In this document: positions 41,301-50,753 of the stretch, piece after piece | Layout of the letters: each line of letters opens with the position of its first letter | Numbering within the stretch: position 1 is the stretch's first letter | From: an uncultured Verrucomicrobiae bacterium | Lineage (GTDB): Bacteria; Verrucomicrobiota; Verrucomicrobiia; Chthoniobacterales; UBA10450 | Reading direction: 5' to 3' | Assembly: GCA_963726745.1 (NCBI GenBank) | Contig: CAVSDR010000003.1 | Location: 928,001 to 992,000, forward strand | Length of the DNA stretch: 64,000 bases | Notes under the pieces: generated by a model | Database searches by the model: none | Told to the model about the DNA's origin: nothing | What the model saw: the letters and a program-made list of their open reading frames with translations, nothing else | Translations under genes and position numbers: made by a program

Positions 41301-43462
41301 TTGTCGAAGATGGTCACGCGCGCGGAGCTCTGCCGGCCGATGGAAGTGAACGGGCCAGGATTCGTTAGGCCGACGGTGAAAGTCTTCACGCCCTGGGCCG
41401 CGGGATTGTTGAAGATCGGGATGGTGACGCTCTGGACGCTTACCCCTGCAGGGAAGGTCACCGTGGTCGACGACGGATCCTGGTAGTCATCCGGATTGAC
41501 TGCGGTGTCGCCGGTCGCGCCGAGGGTAAGATTGACGGTTAAAACCTGGTTCGGATCGCCGCCGCGGACCGCGCGCACGCGCACCTGGACGGCGCCCTCG
41601 ATTTCGACCGCGCCATATTCGGCCGCGTCGAACTCCACCGTGTTCAAGCCGTCGTCATCCTGGATCGTGACCGTGGCCGACGAAGGCGAGCCGAGGAAGG
41701 CGTTGATCGGGTCGCTCAGGACGACGAAGAAATTCTGCGGCGGCTCGATCACGTTGTCGTTCAAGATCGGCACCACGATCGTAGCCACGGCAGAACCGGG
41801 CGCGAAATTGATCGTGCCGCTGGTCGGGACGAAGCGGGAATTGGAGGCCGAGCCGGCGACGGTGGTGAACTTAACGCTGGCGGCGGAGTTCGTGTTGCCG
41901 GTGCGATTAAGGAGGACGGTGAGCGTGACCGAACCGGAGCTCTCGGAGACAGCATAATTCGTGTTGCTGAACTGCACCGTGCCGGCGGCATCGTTGTCGA
42001 GAATGCTGAGCGTCGCGGCGGAATTCGCGCCCAGGGTGGCATTCGTTGGGTTCGCCAGGACCAGGCCGATGGTCTCGGTGTTTTCCGGGATGGTGTCGTC
42101 GATGATCGGAATGGAGAAGGTCTTGATCGTCTCGCCGGGGCCAAAAGTGAGGCGGCTGTTGGATTGCGCGCTCACCGGGGTGAAGTCCGAGCCGGGCGTG
42201 GCCGAACCGGTCTCGGTGAAATACTGCACGCTCACGGTGTCGCTGTTATTCCCGGCGCGATTTAACCGCACGGTCACGAGAGCATTGCCGTCCTGCTCGT
42301 TGACCGAGAAATCAGTCCCGGCAAATTCCACCGTGTTGGCGTTTTCGTTGTCGATGATCCGCACCTCGGCGGTGGCGGTCCCGCCGGGAACGGAAACGCC
42401 GGAGTTCGGGCTCGCAGTCAGCGAGACGTAAAAGGACTCGGTGCCCTCGACCTGACTATCGTCAAAGATCGGGATGTTGACCGTGGCAAAGGTTTGCCCT
42501 TGGGCGAAATCGACGTTTAACCCGGTGACGGAGGCGTAGTCGACATCCGGCGTGGCCGTGCCGCCCACCGTGGACACCTTGACCCGCGCCGCGCTGTTGG
42601 TATTCCCGGTGCGGAGCAGCGTGATGGTGGCATTGCCGGCATCTTCCGCGACCGAGTAGCTGCCGGCGCTGAAGTTCACCGTGCTGGTTTCGTTATCCAC
42701 GATCGTGACCGTGGCCGTGGCCCGGTCGAAACTATAGCGCGCGCCGGGCCCGGAAAGATTGACCGCAAAGGTCTCGTTCCCCTCGACCAGGGAGTCGTCG
42801 TAGATCGGGACGGTGATCGTCTGCGCCGTCGGACTACCGGCCGCGAAGACCAAGGTGCCGGCTGTGTTCTGGTAGTCGACGCCAGGATCCGGCAAATCGC
42901 CCCCAGTCGCTGAGCCGGGCTGAGTGGTGAAATTGACGACATCCTCCTGGGTGATATCTCCCGAACGCGTGACCGTGAGTGTGACTGAGCCGCCATTCTC
43001 CTGCACCGCGTAGCTATCGGGATTGAAGGTGATCACGGTTCCGCTGCCATCATTATCCTGGATCATGATCGTGGCGGTGCTCTTGGTCCCGTCGATCGTA
43101 GCGCCGGAGGGATTGCTGATCGTGAGCGTGAATTGCTCGGTGCTCTCCGCCACGAGGTCGTCGATGATCGGCACGGTGATCAGCTTGGCGGTGTCGTTAG
43201 GCCCGAAGGTCAGGGTGCCGGCGGTGGCGCGGTAATCGGAGCCGGCCACGGCCGAACCGTCGCTCGTCCCGTAGTTCACCGTCACGGTGTTGGCGTTGGA
43301 CCGCGCGAGCCGGACGATCACGTTCACGCTCCCGGCGTTCTCCACCACCGTGTAGGAGGTCTTGTCGAGCGAGAGGACATTTTGCCCCTGGGCGGAACTC
43401 CCCGCGGAGAGCGCGAAGAAAGCGATCAAGGCGACGAAAAAAGCGGAAAGACGAGGATTCAT
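38362..43462 (-). CDS. Large secreted Calx-beta repeat protein (about 12 repeats) with two C-terminal 'NISTR' domains (shift near 38870)
   Basis: Signal peptide MNPRLSAFFVALIAFF; repeated F...Y.V.E..G...GTLTF.PGET.K.I.V.I.DD units; LRNVSTRG and LVNISTRG domains. Confidence 0.88.
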
Positions 43463-43596
43463 AAGCGAACGGGACGAAGCGCCGAGAAGCGACGCGGCGC
43501 GGAGTGTGTCAGATGAGTTGGGCGAATGCAAAATGAAACTTTTTCCGCCCGGGGCGTGAACGAAAAAAGAGCGCAAATCGGCTGCCGGCGAAGGGG

Positions 43597-44151
43597 TTAA
43601 TTCCCGCCCTGCGCCGTTTGCACCACCGTTTTCAGGTCGCTGATGCTCCCGTCGGTAAAGATGATCAGGTTGCCGCTGCCGTGGACGTCGCCGGTCTCGA
43701 TGAACCAAGGCTGGCGGGCCCATTCGTGCGGCGTGCCTGGCTTGTCGTCGAAGGGGGTGGCCACGTAATCGATCCGCGCGGTCGCGGGCGTGGAGTAATC
43801 GGGGTTGTGCAGCAGATTTTGGATCGTGGGGCAGATCCAGGTTTTGCGCACCGGACCGAAAGGCGCGAGCGCATCGATCCAGGCTTGAGCGGTTACCTCC
43901 GGCGGGCTCGAAGAAGAGCCGACAGGGATTTGCGGCCAGACGCCGTTCTGCTGCAGGTAAAGCTCGGCTGCGACCGCGAGATTCTTCAGGTTATTCGAGC
44001 ATTCCACCCGCTGGGCCCGGGCACGTAGCTTGGAAATAAGCGGCACGCTCAGGACTGCGAGCACGCCGATAATGACGATCGCGACCGCGAGCTCGAGCAG
44101 CGAAAAAGCCCGCGCGCGCGCTGGTTTCACCGGCCGGAGAGAAAGCGGCAA
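43597..44151 (-). CDS. Prepilin-type N-terminal methylation domain protein with H-X9-DG motif
   Basis: RAFSLLELAVAIVIIGVLA, C.NNLK and HGSGNLIIFTDG. Confidence 0.85.
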   Translation of the reverse strand: MPLSLRPVKPARARAFSLLELAVAIVIIGVLAVLSVPLISKLRARAQRVECSNNLKNLAVAAELYLQQNGVWPQIPVGSSSSPPEVTAQAWIDALAPFGPVRKTWICPTIQNLLHNPDYSTPATARIDYVATPFDDKPGTPHEWARQPWFIETGDVHGSGNLIIFTDGSISDLKTVVQTAQGGN

Positions 44152-44157
44152 GCGCTC

Positions 44158-44784
44158 CTACCCGCCCGTCGTCGGCACGACAGCCGGCGCGGCGGTGACC
44201 GAGCTGGATTGCTTCACCCCGGAGACGACCAAAGAGAGAATGCTGGAAATGACCGGATCGCCATTCGCGGCCACCTGGCCCTGAGAAATCGAGAGGTTGG
44301 CGTCGCCGCGAATGACGGTGGCGCTGCTGGTCGCCGTGCCCCCGGAAACAGTGCCGCCCACGGTGGAAATCTTGGCATTCACCGGGCCGGCCGCGGTCGC
44401 GGTGATTGGGGTGGTCACCACCGTCTGGGTGCCATCGGCATTGGTCAGCAACGAGCTGAGATTGTAGGTGTAAGAGGCGGAGAGGATGCCCTTGAGCGAA
44501 GCCTTCTGCGGATTGGCAAAGGCCTGCGCGGTGCCGGTGAAGACGCGCCCGCGAGAGAACATAACGAAGGCGCCGGTGGCGTTACCCGAGCTGGGAACGC
44601 CTAACGAGAAGATACCAATGGAGTTGCTCGAGGCTGGGTTGGTCGGGTCAAAAACCCCCTGGAGCACGCCCGCGTAGGTGCCGACGATGTTGCTGCCCTG
44701 CGGATACGGCGGGCCGCCTTTGAGTGCCCACGACTGCGAGGTGCCGAGGAGCAGGCACATGAGGGAAGCGAGAACGATCCGCAT
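44158..44784 (-). CDS. Secreted hypothetical protein
   Basis: Signal peptide; Ser/Thr/Gly-rich beta-type sequence; normal codon usage. Confidence 0.65.
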   Translation of the reverse strand: MRIVLASLMCLLLGTSQSWALKGGPPYPQGSNIVGTYAGVLQGVFDPTNPASSNSIGIFSLGVPSSGNATGAFVMFSRGRVFTGTAQAFANPQKASLKGILSASYTYNLSSLLTNADGTQTVVTTPITATAAGPVNAKISTVGGTVSGGTATSSATVIRGDANLSISQGQVAANGDPVISSILSLVVSGVKQSSSVTAAPAVVPTTGG

Positions 44785-44793
44785 GCGCTGGAG

Positions 44794-45804
44794 TTAAGGA
44801 GTTGCCGCTGCGGGCGTCAATTCCATTCGCGGCGCGGCGCAGCTTTTCACCTCGTGCGCATGGGAATCGCCGGCCGCTTCGAGGTTGAGCCCGAGCTCGC
44901 GCAGGAGCGCAACGTCGGCATCGGCCGCGGGGTTCTCCGCCGTGAGCAGTTTGTCGCCGAAGAAAATGCTGTTTGCGCCGGCAAAGAAGCAAAGCGCCTG
45001 GCCTTCGCGCGTGAGCCGGGTGCGGCCGGCGGCGAGGCGCACCCGTGCTTTCGGGATCGCTAAACGCGTGACCGCGATCAGGCGCACGATCGCGAAGATA
45101 TCGACCGGCGGCTGGTCGGCCAGCGGCGTGCCGGGCATGGCCATGAGGCAATTAATCGGCACGCTCTCCGGTTGCGGATCAAAATTGCTCAAGACCTCGA
45201 GCATGCGCAGGCGGTCGTCCTCGCTTTCGCCCAGGCCGACGATCCCGCCAGAGCAGACCGACATTCCGCTCTGCTGGACCGCGGCGATGGTGCCCAGCCG
45301 GTCGGCAAAAGTGTGGGTGCTCACGATCTCCGGGTAGTATTCCGGCGAGGTGTCGAGGTTGTGATTGTAAGCGGTCACGCCGGCAGCCTTGAGCTTTTGC
45401 GCTTCGGTCGCGCCGATCTGGCCCAGGGTCACGCAGACTTCCATCCCGAGCTGGCCGACCTCGCGCACGGTCTCGAGGACTTGCTCGAACTTGGCGGTGC
45501 CGTCGCGCACTCCGCGCCAGGCCGCGCCCATGCAAAAGCGGGTCGCGCCCTGGGCGCGCGCGCGTTTCGCCGCCGTGAGAATGTCGGCTACCGGGAGCAG
45601 GTCCTCGCGCTCCAGGCCGGTGGAATAGTGCGCACTCTGCGCGCAGTAGCTGCAGTCTTCGCTACAGCCGCCGGTTTTGATGCTCAGCAGGCTGCAGCGT
45701 TGCACCTGTTCGCCGCGCCAATGTTGCAAATGGAGCGCACGGCTCTGCGTTATCAGGTCGAAAAGCGGCTGATCGTAAAGCGCGCGCAGCGTTTCAAATT
45801 TCAT
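44794..45804 (-). CDS. bioB: Biotin synthase
   Basis: SIKTGGCSEDCSYCAQS, RFCMGAAWR, YNHNLDTS, ESVPIN, GANSIFFGDKLLT. Confidence 0.97.
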   Translation of the reverse strand: MKFETLRALYDQPLFDLITQSRALHLQHWRGEQVQRCSLLSIKTGGCSEDCSYCAQSAHYSTGLEREDLLPVADILTAAKRARAQGATRFCMGAAWRGVRDGTAKFEQVLETVREVGQLGMEVCVTLGQIGATEAQKLKAAGVTAYNHNLDTSPEYYPEIVSTHTFADRLGTIAAVQQSGMSVCSGGIVGLGESEDDRLRMLEVLSNFDPQPESVPINCLMAMPGTPLADQPPVDIFAIVRLIAVTRLAIPKARVRLAAGRTRLTREGQALCFFAGANSIFFGDKLLTAENPAADADVALLRELGLNLEAAGDSHAHEVKSCAAPRMELTPAAATP

Positions 45805-45878
45805 CGCCCGACGACCCTACGGAAAGCGCGCGGGATTCCTAGAATTAAGTCGCGCCGCGCTGAGCAGAACTCGAAAAA

Positions 45879-46601
45879 TCAATACGCCCACTTGCCGCCG
45901 GGCGTGGCAATCACCGGCAGCTCATCGGTCATGAATTGCGTCTTGCCGACGACGCCCCACATCCGATTGCCGACACTTTCACGCCATTTTTGCGACATCA
46001 TCTCGCCGGTGTGGCAGCCCCAGCTGCGGACCTGCGCGTCGCGCGTGAAGACGCTGCGATTGATTTGCGAGAGCTGGCTTTGGTGCAGGAACGACTTCGC
46101 CGCGCTGTCGACGTTGCTGCTGTAGTCGAACATGAAACAGGCTTTGTTCGAATGGCCGAAGTATTCCAGGAACGCAACCTTCACGGTGTCGCGCGGCTGA
46201 CCGCTGTTGAGATACTTGATCACGTCGTCACCGTTGCGGAACCAAACGAGGTTGAGATTAAACTTGTCGCGCACGGAGTCGATGAAGCCGATCAGGTCGG
46301 TCTTCTCCTGCTGGCCGCGGTCGATGTAACCCTGCTTGTAAACCAGCCAGGTGATCTTGGCGTCGGGGCCGTATTTCTCGCGCAGTTGCTCGGTGCGAAT
46401 GCGGCTGGCGCGCACGAAATTAGCCCACCAGTTGTCATGCGGCTGTGCCTTGTATTTCTCCCACTGCATGAGCGATGGGCCGCCTACGAGGATGACGTAT
46501 TCGGGCGTGATCGCCGCCGCGCGCGCGGAACCGGCGAGGACAAGGAGGGCAAAGAAAGCAGCGAGGAGTCTTTTCACGGGTTTGGAGGGAGCACTATTCA
46601 T
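45879..46601 (-). CDS. Secreted hypothetical protein with possible His/Cys dyad
   Basis: Signal peptide; EYFGHSN ... SWGCHTG. Confidence 0.65.
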   Translation of the reverse strand: MNSAPSKPVKRLLAAFFALLVLAGSARAAAITPEYVILVGGPSLMQWEKYKAQPHDNWWANFVRASRIRTEQLREKYGPDAKITWLVYKQGYIDRGQQEKTDLIGFIDSVRDKFNLNLVWFRNGDDVIKYLNSGQPRDTVKVAFLEYFGHSNKACFMFDYSSNVDSAAKSFLHQSQLSQINRSVFTRDAQVRSWGCHTGEMMSQKWRESVGNRMWGVVGKTQFMTDELPVIATPGGKWAY

Positions 46602-46685
46602 GCGTGGTCCTCGCTGCGCAAGAATCAGGGAAGAATCACCGCGAGGAGCACGGAGATCCGCGAGCCGAACTCTGAAACTCCGCGC

Positions 46686-47984
46686 TTAGGCAAAATCCCG
46701 CTCGCCTCGCACCAAATCCTCGAAGGTCTGCCGCTCCCGGATCAGCCGCGCCTCTCCGCCCTGCACCAGCACCTCCGCCGGCAGCGGGCGCGAATTGTAA
46801 GTCGAGGCCATGACAAAGCCATACGCGCCAGCGCTCATGATCGCGGCCAGCTCGCCTTCGGCCAACGGCGGCAGCTCGCGGTCTTGCGCAAAGAAGTCGC
46901 CGCTTTCGCAGACCGGGCCGACCACGTCGACTGGCTCGCGTCGGGCACCCGGCGCGGGCTCGGTCACGGGCACGATCTCGTGATAGCTCTGGTAGAGCGC
47001 GGGGCGAATGAGATCGTTCATCCCGGCGTCGACAATGACGAACTTCTTTTGCTCGGCCTGCTTCAGGTAGCGCACCCGGGTGAGCAGCACCCCGGCGTTG
47101 CCGACGAGAAAACGACCCGGCTCGAAGAGAATCCGCAAGCCTAACGAGCGCAGCGGCGGGACGATCGCGCGCGCGTATTCGTCGATCGTCAGCGGGTGGG
47201 AGCCAGCACTTTCATCGCGCCACCATTCCCCTTCGCCACTGGCCAGCGACGAGCGGTAAACGATTCCCATCCCACCGCCGATGCTGAGAAATTCGATCCC
47301 GTAGCGCTCCTGCAAATCGCGCGCGATCGGCGCCACTTTCGCGATGGCGTCGGCAAACGGCCGCGCCTCGGTGATCTGCGAACCGATGTGCATTTGCACC
47401 CCGCGCAGCTGGAGGTGCGGGAGCGTCGCCGCGTGCGCATAAACCTCCGGAATGCGCGCGAGCGCGATCCCGAACTTGTTCTCGCTCTTCCCGGTGGAGA
47501 TGTATTTGTGCGTGCTTGCCTCGACGTCGGGATTCACCCGCAAGGCCACCGGCGCGCGCAGGCCTTTCGCTGCAGCGATCCGGTGGATGTAATCCAGCTC
47601 CGCTTCGCTCTCGACGTTGAAACAGAAGACACCTTCCGCGAGCGCATACTCGATTTCCTCGCGCGATTTCCCCACGCCGGCGAAGGTGCAACGGTCCGCC
47701 TTCCCGCCCGCGGCGAGCACTCGATAGAGTTCGCCGCCGGAGACGATGTCGAAGCCAGACCCGGCCTCCGCCAGCAGGCGCAGGATGGCGCGGTTGGAGT
47801 TCGCTTTGACCGCGTAGCAAATGAGGTGATCGAGCTCGCCGAGCGCGCGATCGAGGCGGCGGTAGTGATCGCGGATTGTGCCCGCGCTGTAGACATAAAG
47901 CGGCGTGCCGAACTCCTCCGCTACTTGCGCGAGATCGGCCGCTTCGCAGTGCAGCCGGCCCTGGCGATAATGAAAGGAGTGCAA
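46686..47984 (-). CDS. lysA: Diaminopimelate decarboxylase
   Basis: FGTPLYVY, CYAVKANS, DIVSGGE, HIGSQ, EPGR, GPVCESGD, GAYG...STYNSRP. TTG start inferred. Confidence 0.95.
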   Translation of the reverse strand: MHSFHYRQGRLHCEAADLAQVAEEFGTPLYVYSAGTIRDHYRRLDRALGELDHLICYAVKANSNRAILRLLAEAGSGFDIVSGGELYRVLAAGGKADRCTFAGVGKSREEIEYALAEGVFCFNVESEAELDYIHRIAAAKGLRAPVALRVNPDVEASTHKYISTGKSENKFGIALARIPEVYAHAATLPHLQLRGVQMHIGSQITEARPFADAIAKVAPIARDLQERYGIEFLSIGGGMGIVYRSSLASGEGEWWRDESAGSHPLTIDEYARAIVPPLRSLGLRILFEPGRFLVGNAGVLLTRVRYLKQAEQKKFVIVDAGMNDLIRPALYQSYHEIVPVTEPAPGARREPVDVVGPVCESGDFFAQDRELPPLAEGELAAIMSAGAYGFVMASTYNSRPLPAEVLVQGGEARLIRERQTFEDLVRGERDFA

Positions 47985-48089
47985 GCGGCCAAATTGCACG
48001 CTCCACCCGCGCCCCTCAACCAGCACTTCCAGCGCTCTCCTTCCGCGGCACGTTTCCGGCTCTGGAAGGCCAGTCCTTACGCCGCCCTT

Positions 48090-49250
48090 GTGAAAAAAGA
48101 ACTCATCGATCCGCTCCTCACCGCCATGGTCCAAAGCGGCGACGGCATCTCCGATTTGCTTTTTGCCGTCGGGCGCCCGCCGATGACGGAGCAACACGGC
48201 GCTCTCCAGTCTTTCCCGATCGACACCCCCGGCGGCGTCTTCACCCTGGAGCAGATCCAGGTGATTGCGCGGCACCTCATGCAGGGCCAACCGCGCCTTT
48301 TGGAAGATCTGGAGCGGCTCGGCGCGTGCGATTGCAGTTACTCGGTCGCAGGCCTGGCGCGTTTCCGGGTAAACATCTTCAAGCAAAACGGCCGCGAAGC
48401 GATCGTAATGCGGAAGCTGCAGACAGAGATTCCAAGTCTCGAGGGCCTCGGGTTGCCGCCTATTTTCCAGGAAATGACCCGGGAGAAAAACGGGATCATC
48501 TTCGTCACCGGCGCCACCGGCAGCGGCAAAACGACCACGCTCGCGGCAATGCTCAACGAGCTGAACGAACGCGAGCAGGTGCACATCCTCACGCTCGAGG
48601 ACCCGATCGAGTTCCTCCACCCGTGCAAACAGGCGCTCTTCAATCAGCGCGAGCTCGGGAAAGACTTCCCGGATTTTGCCAGCGGTTTGCGCTCGGCGCT
48701 CCGCCAGGCGCCCAAGGCCATCCTCGTGGGCGAAATTCGCGACCGCGAGACCATGGAAATCGCGCTGACCGCCTCGGAAACGGGCCACATCGTTTACACC
48801 ACGATGCACACCATCAGTGCCGGGCAGACGATCAACCGCATCCTCGGCATGTATGGCAAAGACGAAGAGCAACAGCTCCGCCAGCGCCTCGCCGATACCC
48901 TGCGCTATGTGGTGAGCCAGCGACTGGTCGGCAAGGTCGGCGGCGGCCGCATGCTCATCACCGAAATCATGGGCTCGAGCATGCGCACCCGGGAGACTTT
49001 GCTCTACGGCGAAGCCGAGGGCCGCACCTTCCAGGAGATCATCGAGGCCGGCGGGACGATGGGCTGGCACAGCTTCGATCAATGCCTGATGGAGGCTTAC
49101 AAGAAAGACCTCATCACCGACGAGACGGCCTTCATTTTCTGCGCGCACAAAAACAAAATGCGGCGCGATCTCGACCTCTTGAAGAAGCTCCGCGACCAGC
49201 ATTACGAGGAACCCTCCGGCCTCCGGCTCGAGACGGCCGCGGCTTTCTAA
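48090..49250 (+). CDS. PilT/PilU-family type IV pilus retraction ATPase
   Basis: RFRVNIF, TGATGSGKTTT, TLEDPIE, NQRELG, ALRQAP..ILVGEIRD, ETGH...TMHT, SQRL. Confidence 0.9.
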   Translation: MKKELIDPLLTAMVQSGDGISDLLFAVGRPPMTEQHGALQSFPIDTPGGVFTLEQIQVIARHLMQGQPRLLEDLERLGACDCSYSVAGLARFRVNIFKQNGREAIVMRKLQTEIPSLEGLGLPPIFQEMTREKNGIIFVTGATGSGKTTTLAAMLNELNEREQVHILTLEDPIEFLHPCKQALFNQRELGKDFPDFASGLRSALRQAPKAILVGEIRDRETMEIALTASETGHIVYTTMHTISAGQTINRILGMYGKDEEQQLRQRLADTLRYVVSQRLVGKVGGGRMLITEIMGSSMRTRETLLYGEAEGRTFQEIIEAGGTMGWHSFDQCLMEAYKKDLITDETAFIFCAHKNKMRRDLDLLKKLRDQHYEEPSGLRLETAAAF

Positions 49251-49271
49251 GAATCCCGACTGCTCTCCGCG

Positions 49272-49964
49272 ATGGAAACCAATACAATGAACCGAGTCAT
49301 GGAATTAGCCGACGCCGCGGACGCGCGTGCGCTCGAAACGGTCAACGACCCGAACGCCGCCGCGATGCAGGAGTTGCGCGAGAGCTTGAATCACAAGCTG
49401 CGCACACCCTTGAATGCGATCATCGGCTTCGCCGAGTTGCTCACCCTCCAGGCAGACAACAAGCGCAAGGATGCCGACATCAAGCAAATCCTCCAGGCTG
49501 CGCGCGAGATGCTCCAAGTGATCGAGCGCGAGCTCTGCGAAGCCAACGCCGCCCGCCCTTTCGTCGAAAGCGGGACCGACAACACCGCTTCCACCCGCAC
49601 CTGCGACGTGCTCTACGTGGAAGACGATTCGGTGAACTTCATGCTCATGGAACGGATCATGGAATATCGGCCCAAGGTGCAGCTCATCCACGCGCCGCAA
49701 GGTGGCCTGGGCCTCCAGCTCGCCGAGGCCTACCGGCCGAAGTTGATCCTGCTCGACCTGAACCTGCCGGACATGTCCGGCGATGAAGTCCTCCGGCGCC
49801 TGCAAAGCCAGCCGGAGACGAAAGACCTTCCGGTCGTGATCCTGAGCGCAAACGCTTCGCCCAGCAAAATCGAGCGTTTGCTCGCCGGCGGCGCCCGCAA
49901 TTACCTCACGAAGCCGTTTAACATCGACCACTTCCTCACCGTGGTGGACGAGTTCGTCTCGTAG
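49272..49964 (+). CDS. HisKA-like segment fused directly to a receiver domain (no ATPase domain)
   Basis: LNHKLRTPLNAIIGFAELL; VLYVEDD, ILLDLNLPD, LSA, YLTKP. Confidence 0.8.
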   Translation: METNTMNRVMELADAADARALETVNDPNAAAMQELRESLNHKLRTPLNAIIGFAELLTLQADNKRKDADIKQILQAAREMLQVIERELCEANAARPFVESGTDNTASTRTCDVLYVEDDSVNFMLMERIMEYRPKVQLIHAPQGGLGLQLAEAYRPKLILLDLNLPDMSGDEVLRRLQSQPETKDLPVVILSANASPSKIERLLAGGARNYLTKPFNIDHFLTVVDEFVS

Positions 49965-50130
49965 TTTCCGCGCACGGAGCCTCAACCCACGCGAGGCCCA
50001 AAACGTCGCCTCTTCCGGCCTGGCCGTTTGACGGCCCGGCCATCGCTCGCTCCTGTCTAGGGAGAAACAAGCAGCGAGTTGTCTCTCATTCGAGAGGCGC
50101 AAGGAACCCTCGAACCACGTATATACTTAT

Positions 50131-50640
50131 ATGATCAATCCCAATGGCGGCGACCAATTCGCCAAGCATGATCCGCTCGCAGGTGCGACGAAGCCGAGCG
50201 AACCACAGACTCTCCCCGGCGCGACCAGCCGATACGAAAGCACTTCCGAGAAAGTTTCCGCCGCAGCCAGCGATGCCTGGCGGCAGACGCGCGAGAAGGC
50301 CGGCGTAGCCCGCGAGCGCACGGAGTTTTTCCTGCGCGAAAATCCGGTGCCCACCGTCCTCGGCGCCCTCGCCCTCGGCGTCGCCATCGGCCTGGCGATC
50401 CGTTATTCCTCGGAGTCGAAACGCGAAGTCGAAGTCAAATCCAGCCTCGGCAATCTCGACCTCGGCGCCCTCGGCCTCGCTTCCATCCTCCCGTTGCTCA
50501 AAGGCGCGCGTCATCGCTACGAAGACGCCGCCGGGGTGGTAAAGGATCGCGTGAGCGGTGGCGTCGATCGCCTCCGCAGCGTCGATGTCGACGATTACGT
50601 CCAGCCGCTGCGCAAGAAATGGCGCAGCTGGATGAACTAG
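50131..50640 (+). CDS. Small membrane-anchored protein, ElaB/YqjD-like
   Basis: Helical N-terminus, FLRENPVPTVLGALALGVAIG. Confidence 0.6.
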   Translation: MINPNGGDQFAKHDPLAGATKPSEPQTLPGATSRYESTSEKVSAAASDAWRQTREKAGVARERTEFFLRENPVPTVLGALALGVAIGLAIRYSSESKREVEVKSSLGNLDLGALGLASILPLLKGARHRYEDAAGVVKDRVSGGVDRLRSVDVDDYVQPLRKKWRSWMN

Positions 50641-50753
50641 CCAGCACGCTCACTACTGCAGTCATCCCGAGCACAGCGCCGCGGGGTCGAGAGACCTCGC
50701 GCGCTGGGCGCGGTTTTTGACCTCATCGTTTGCCCGCCGAAACTACCGGCGAC

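Noticed and set aside
39180..43400. Roughly 350-bp periodic repeats
   Set aside because: Diverged Calx-beta protein repeats, already explained by the CDS.
46637..46690. CACCGCGAGGAGCACGGAG segment resembling a half REP-like element
   Set aside because: No convincing complementary arm; too degenerate to call.
46686..49786. Very long overlapping ORFs (838, 684 and 636 aa) suggesting a lysA fusion or overlapping genes
   Set aside because: They are antisense or off-frame shadows of the divergent lysA and pilT-like genes, expected at high GC. The same applies to the extensions of 8905..10680, 17298..19592 and 57245..58750.
49965..50130. Intergenic region with small hairpins, possible ncRNA
   Set aside because: Only short GC stems and no recognisable RNA family features.
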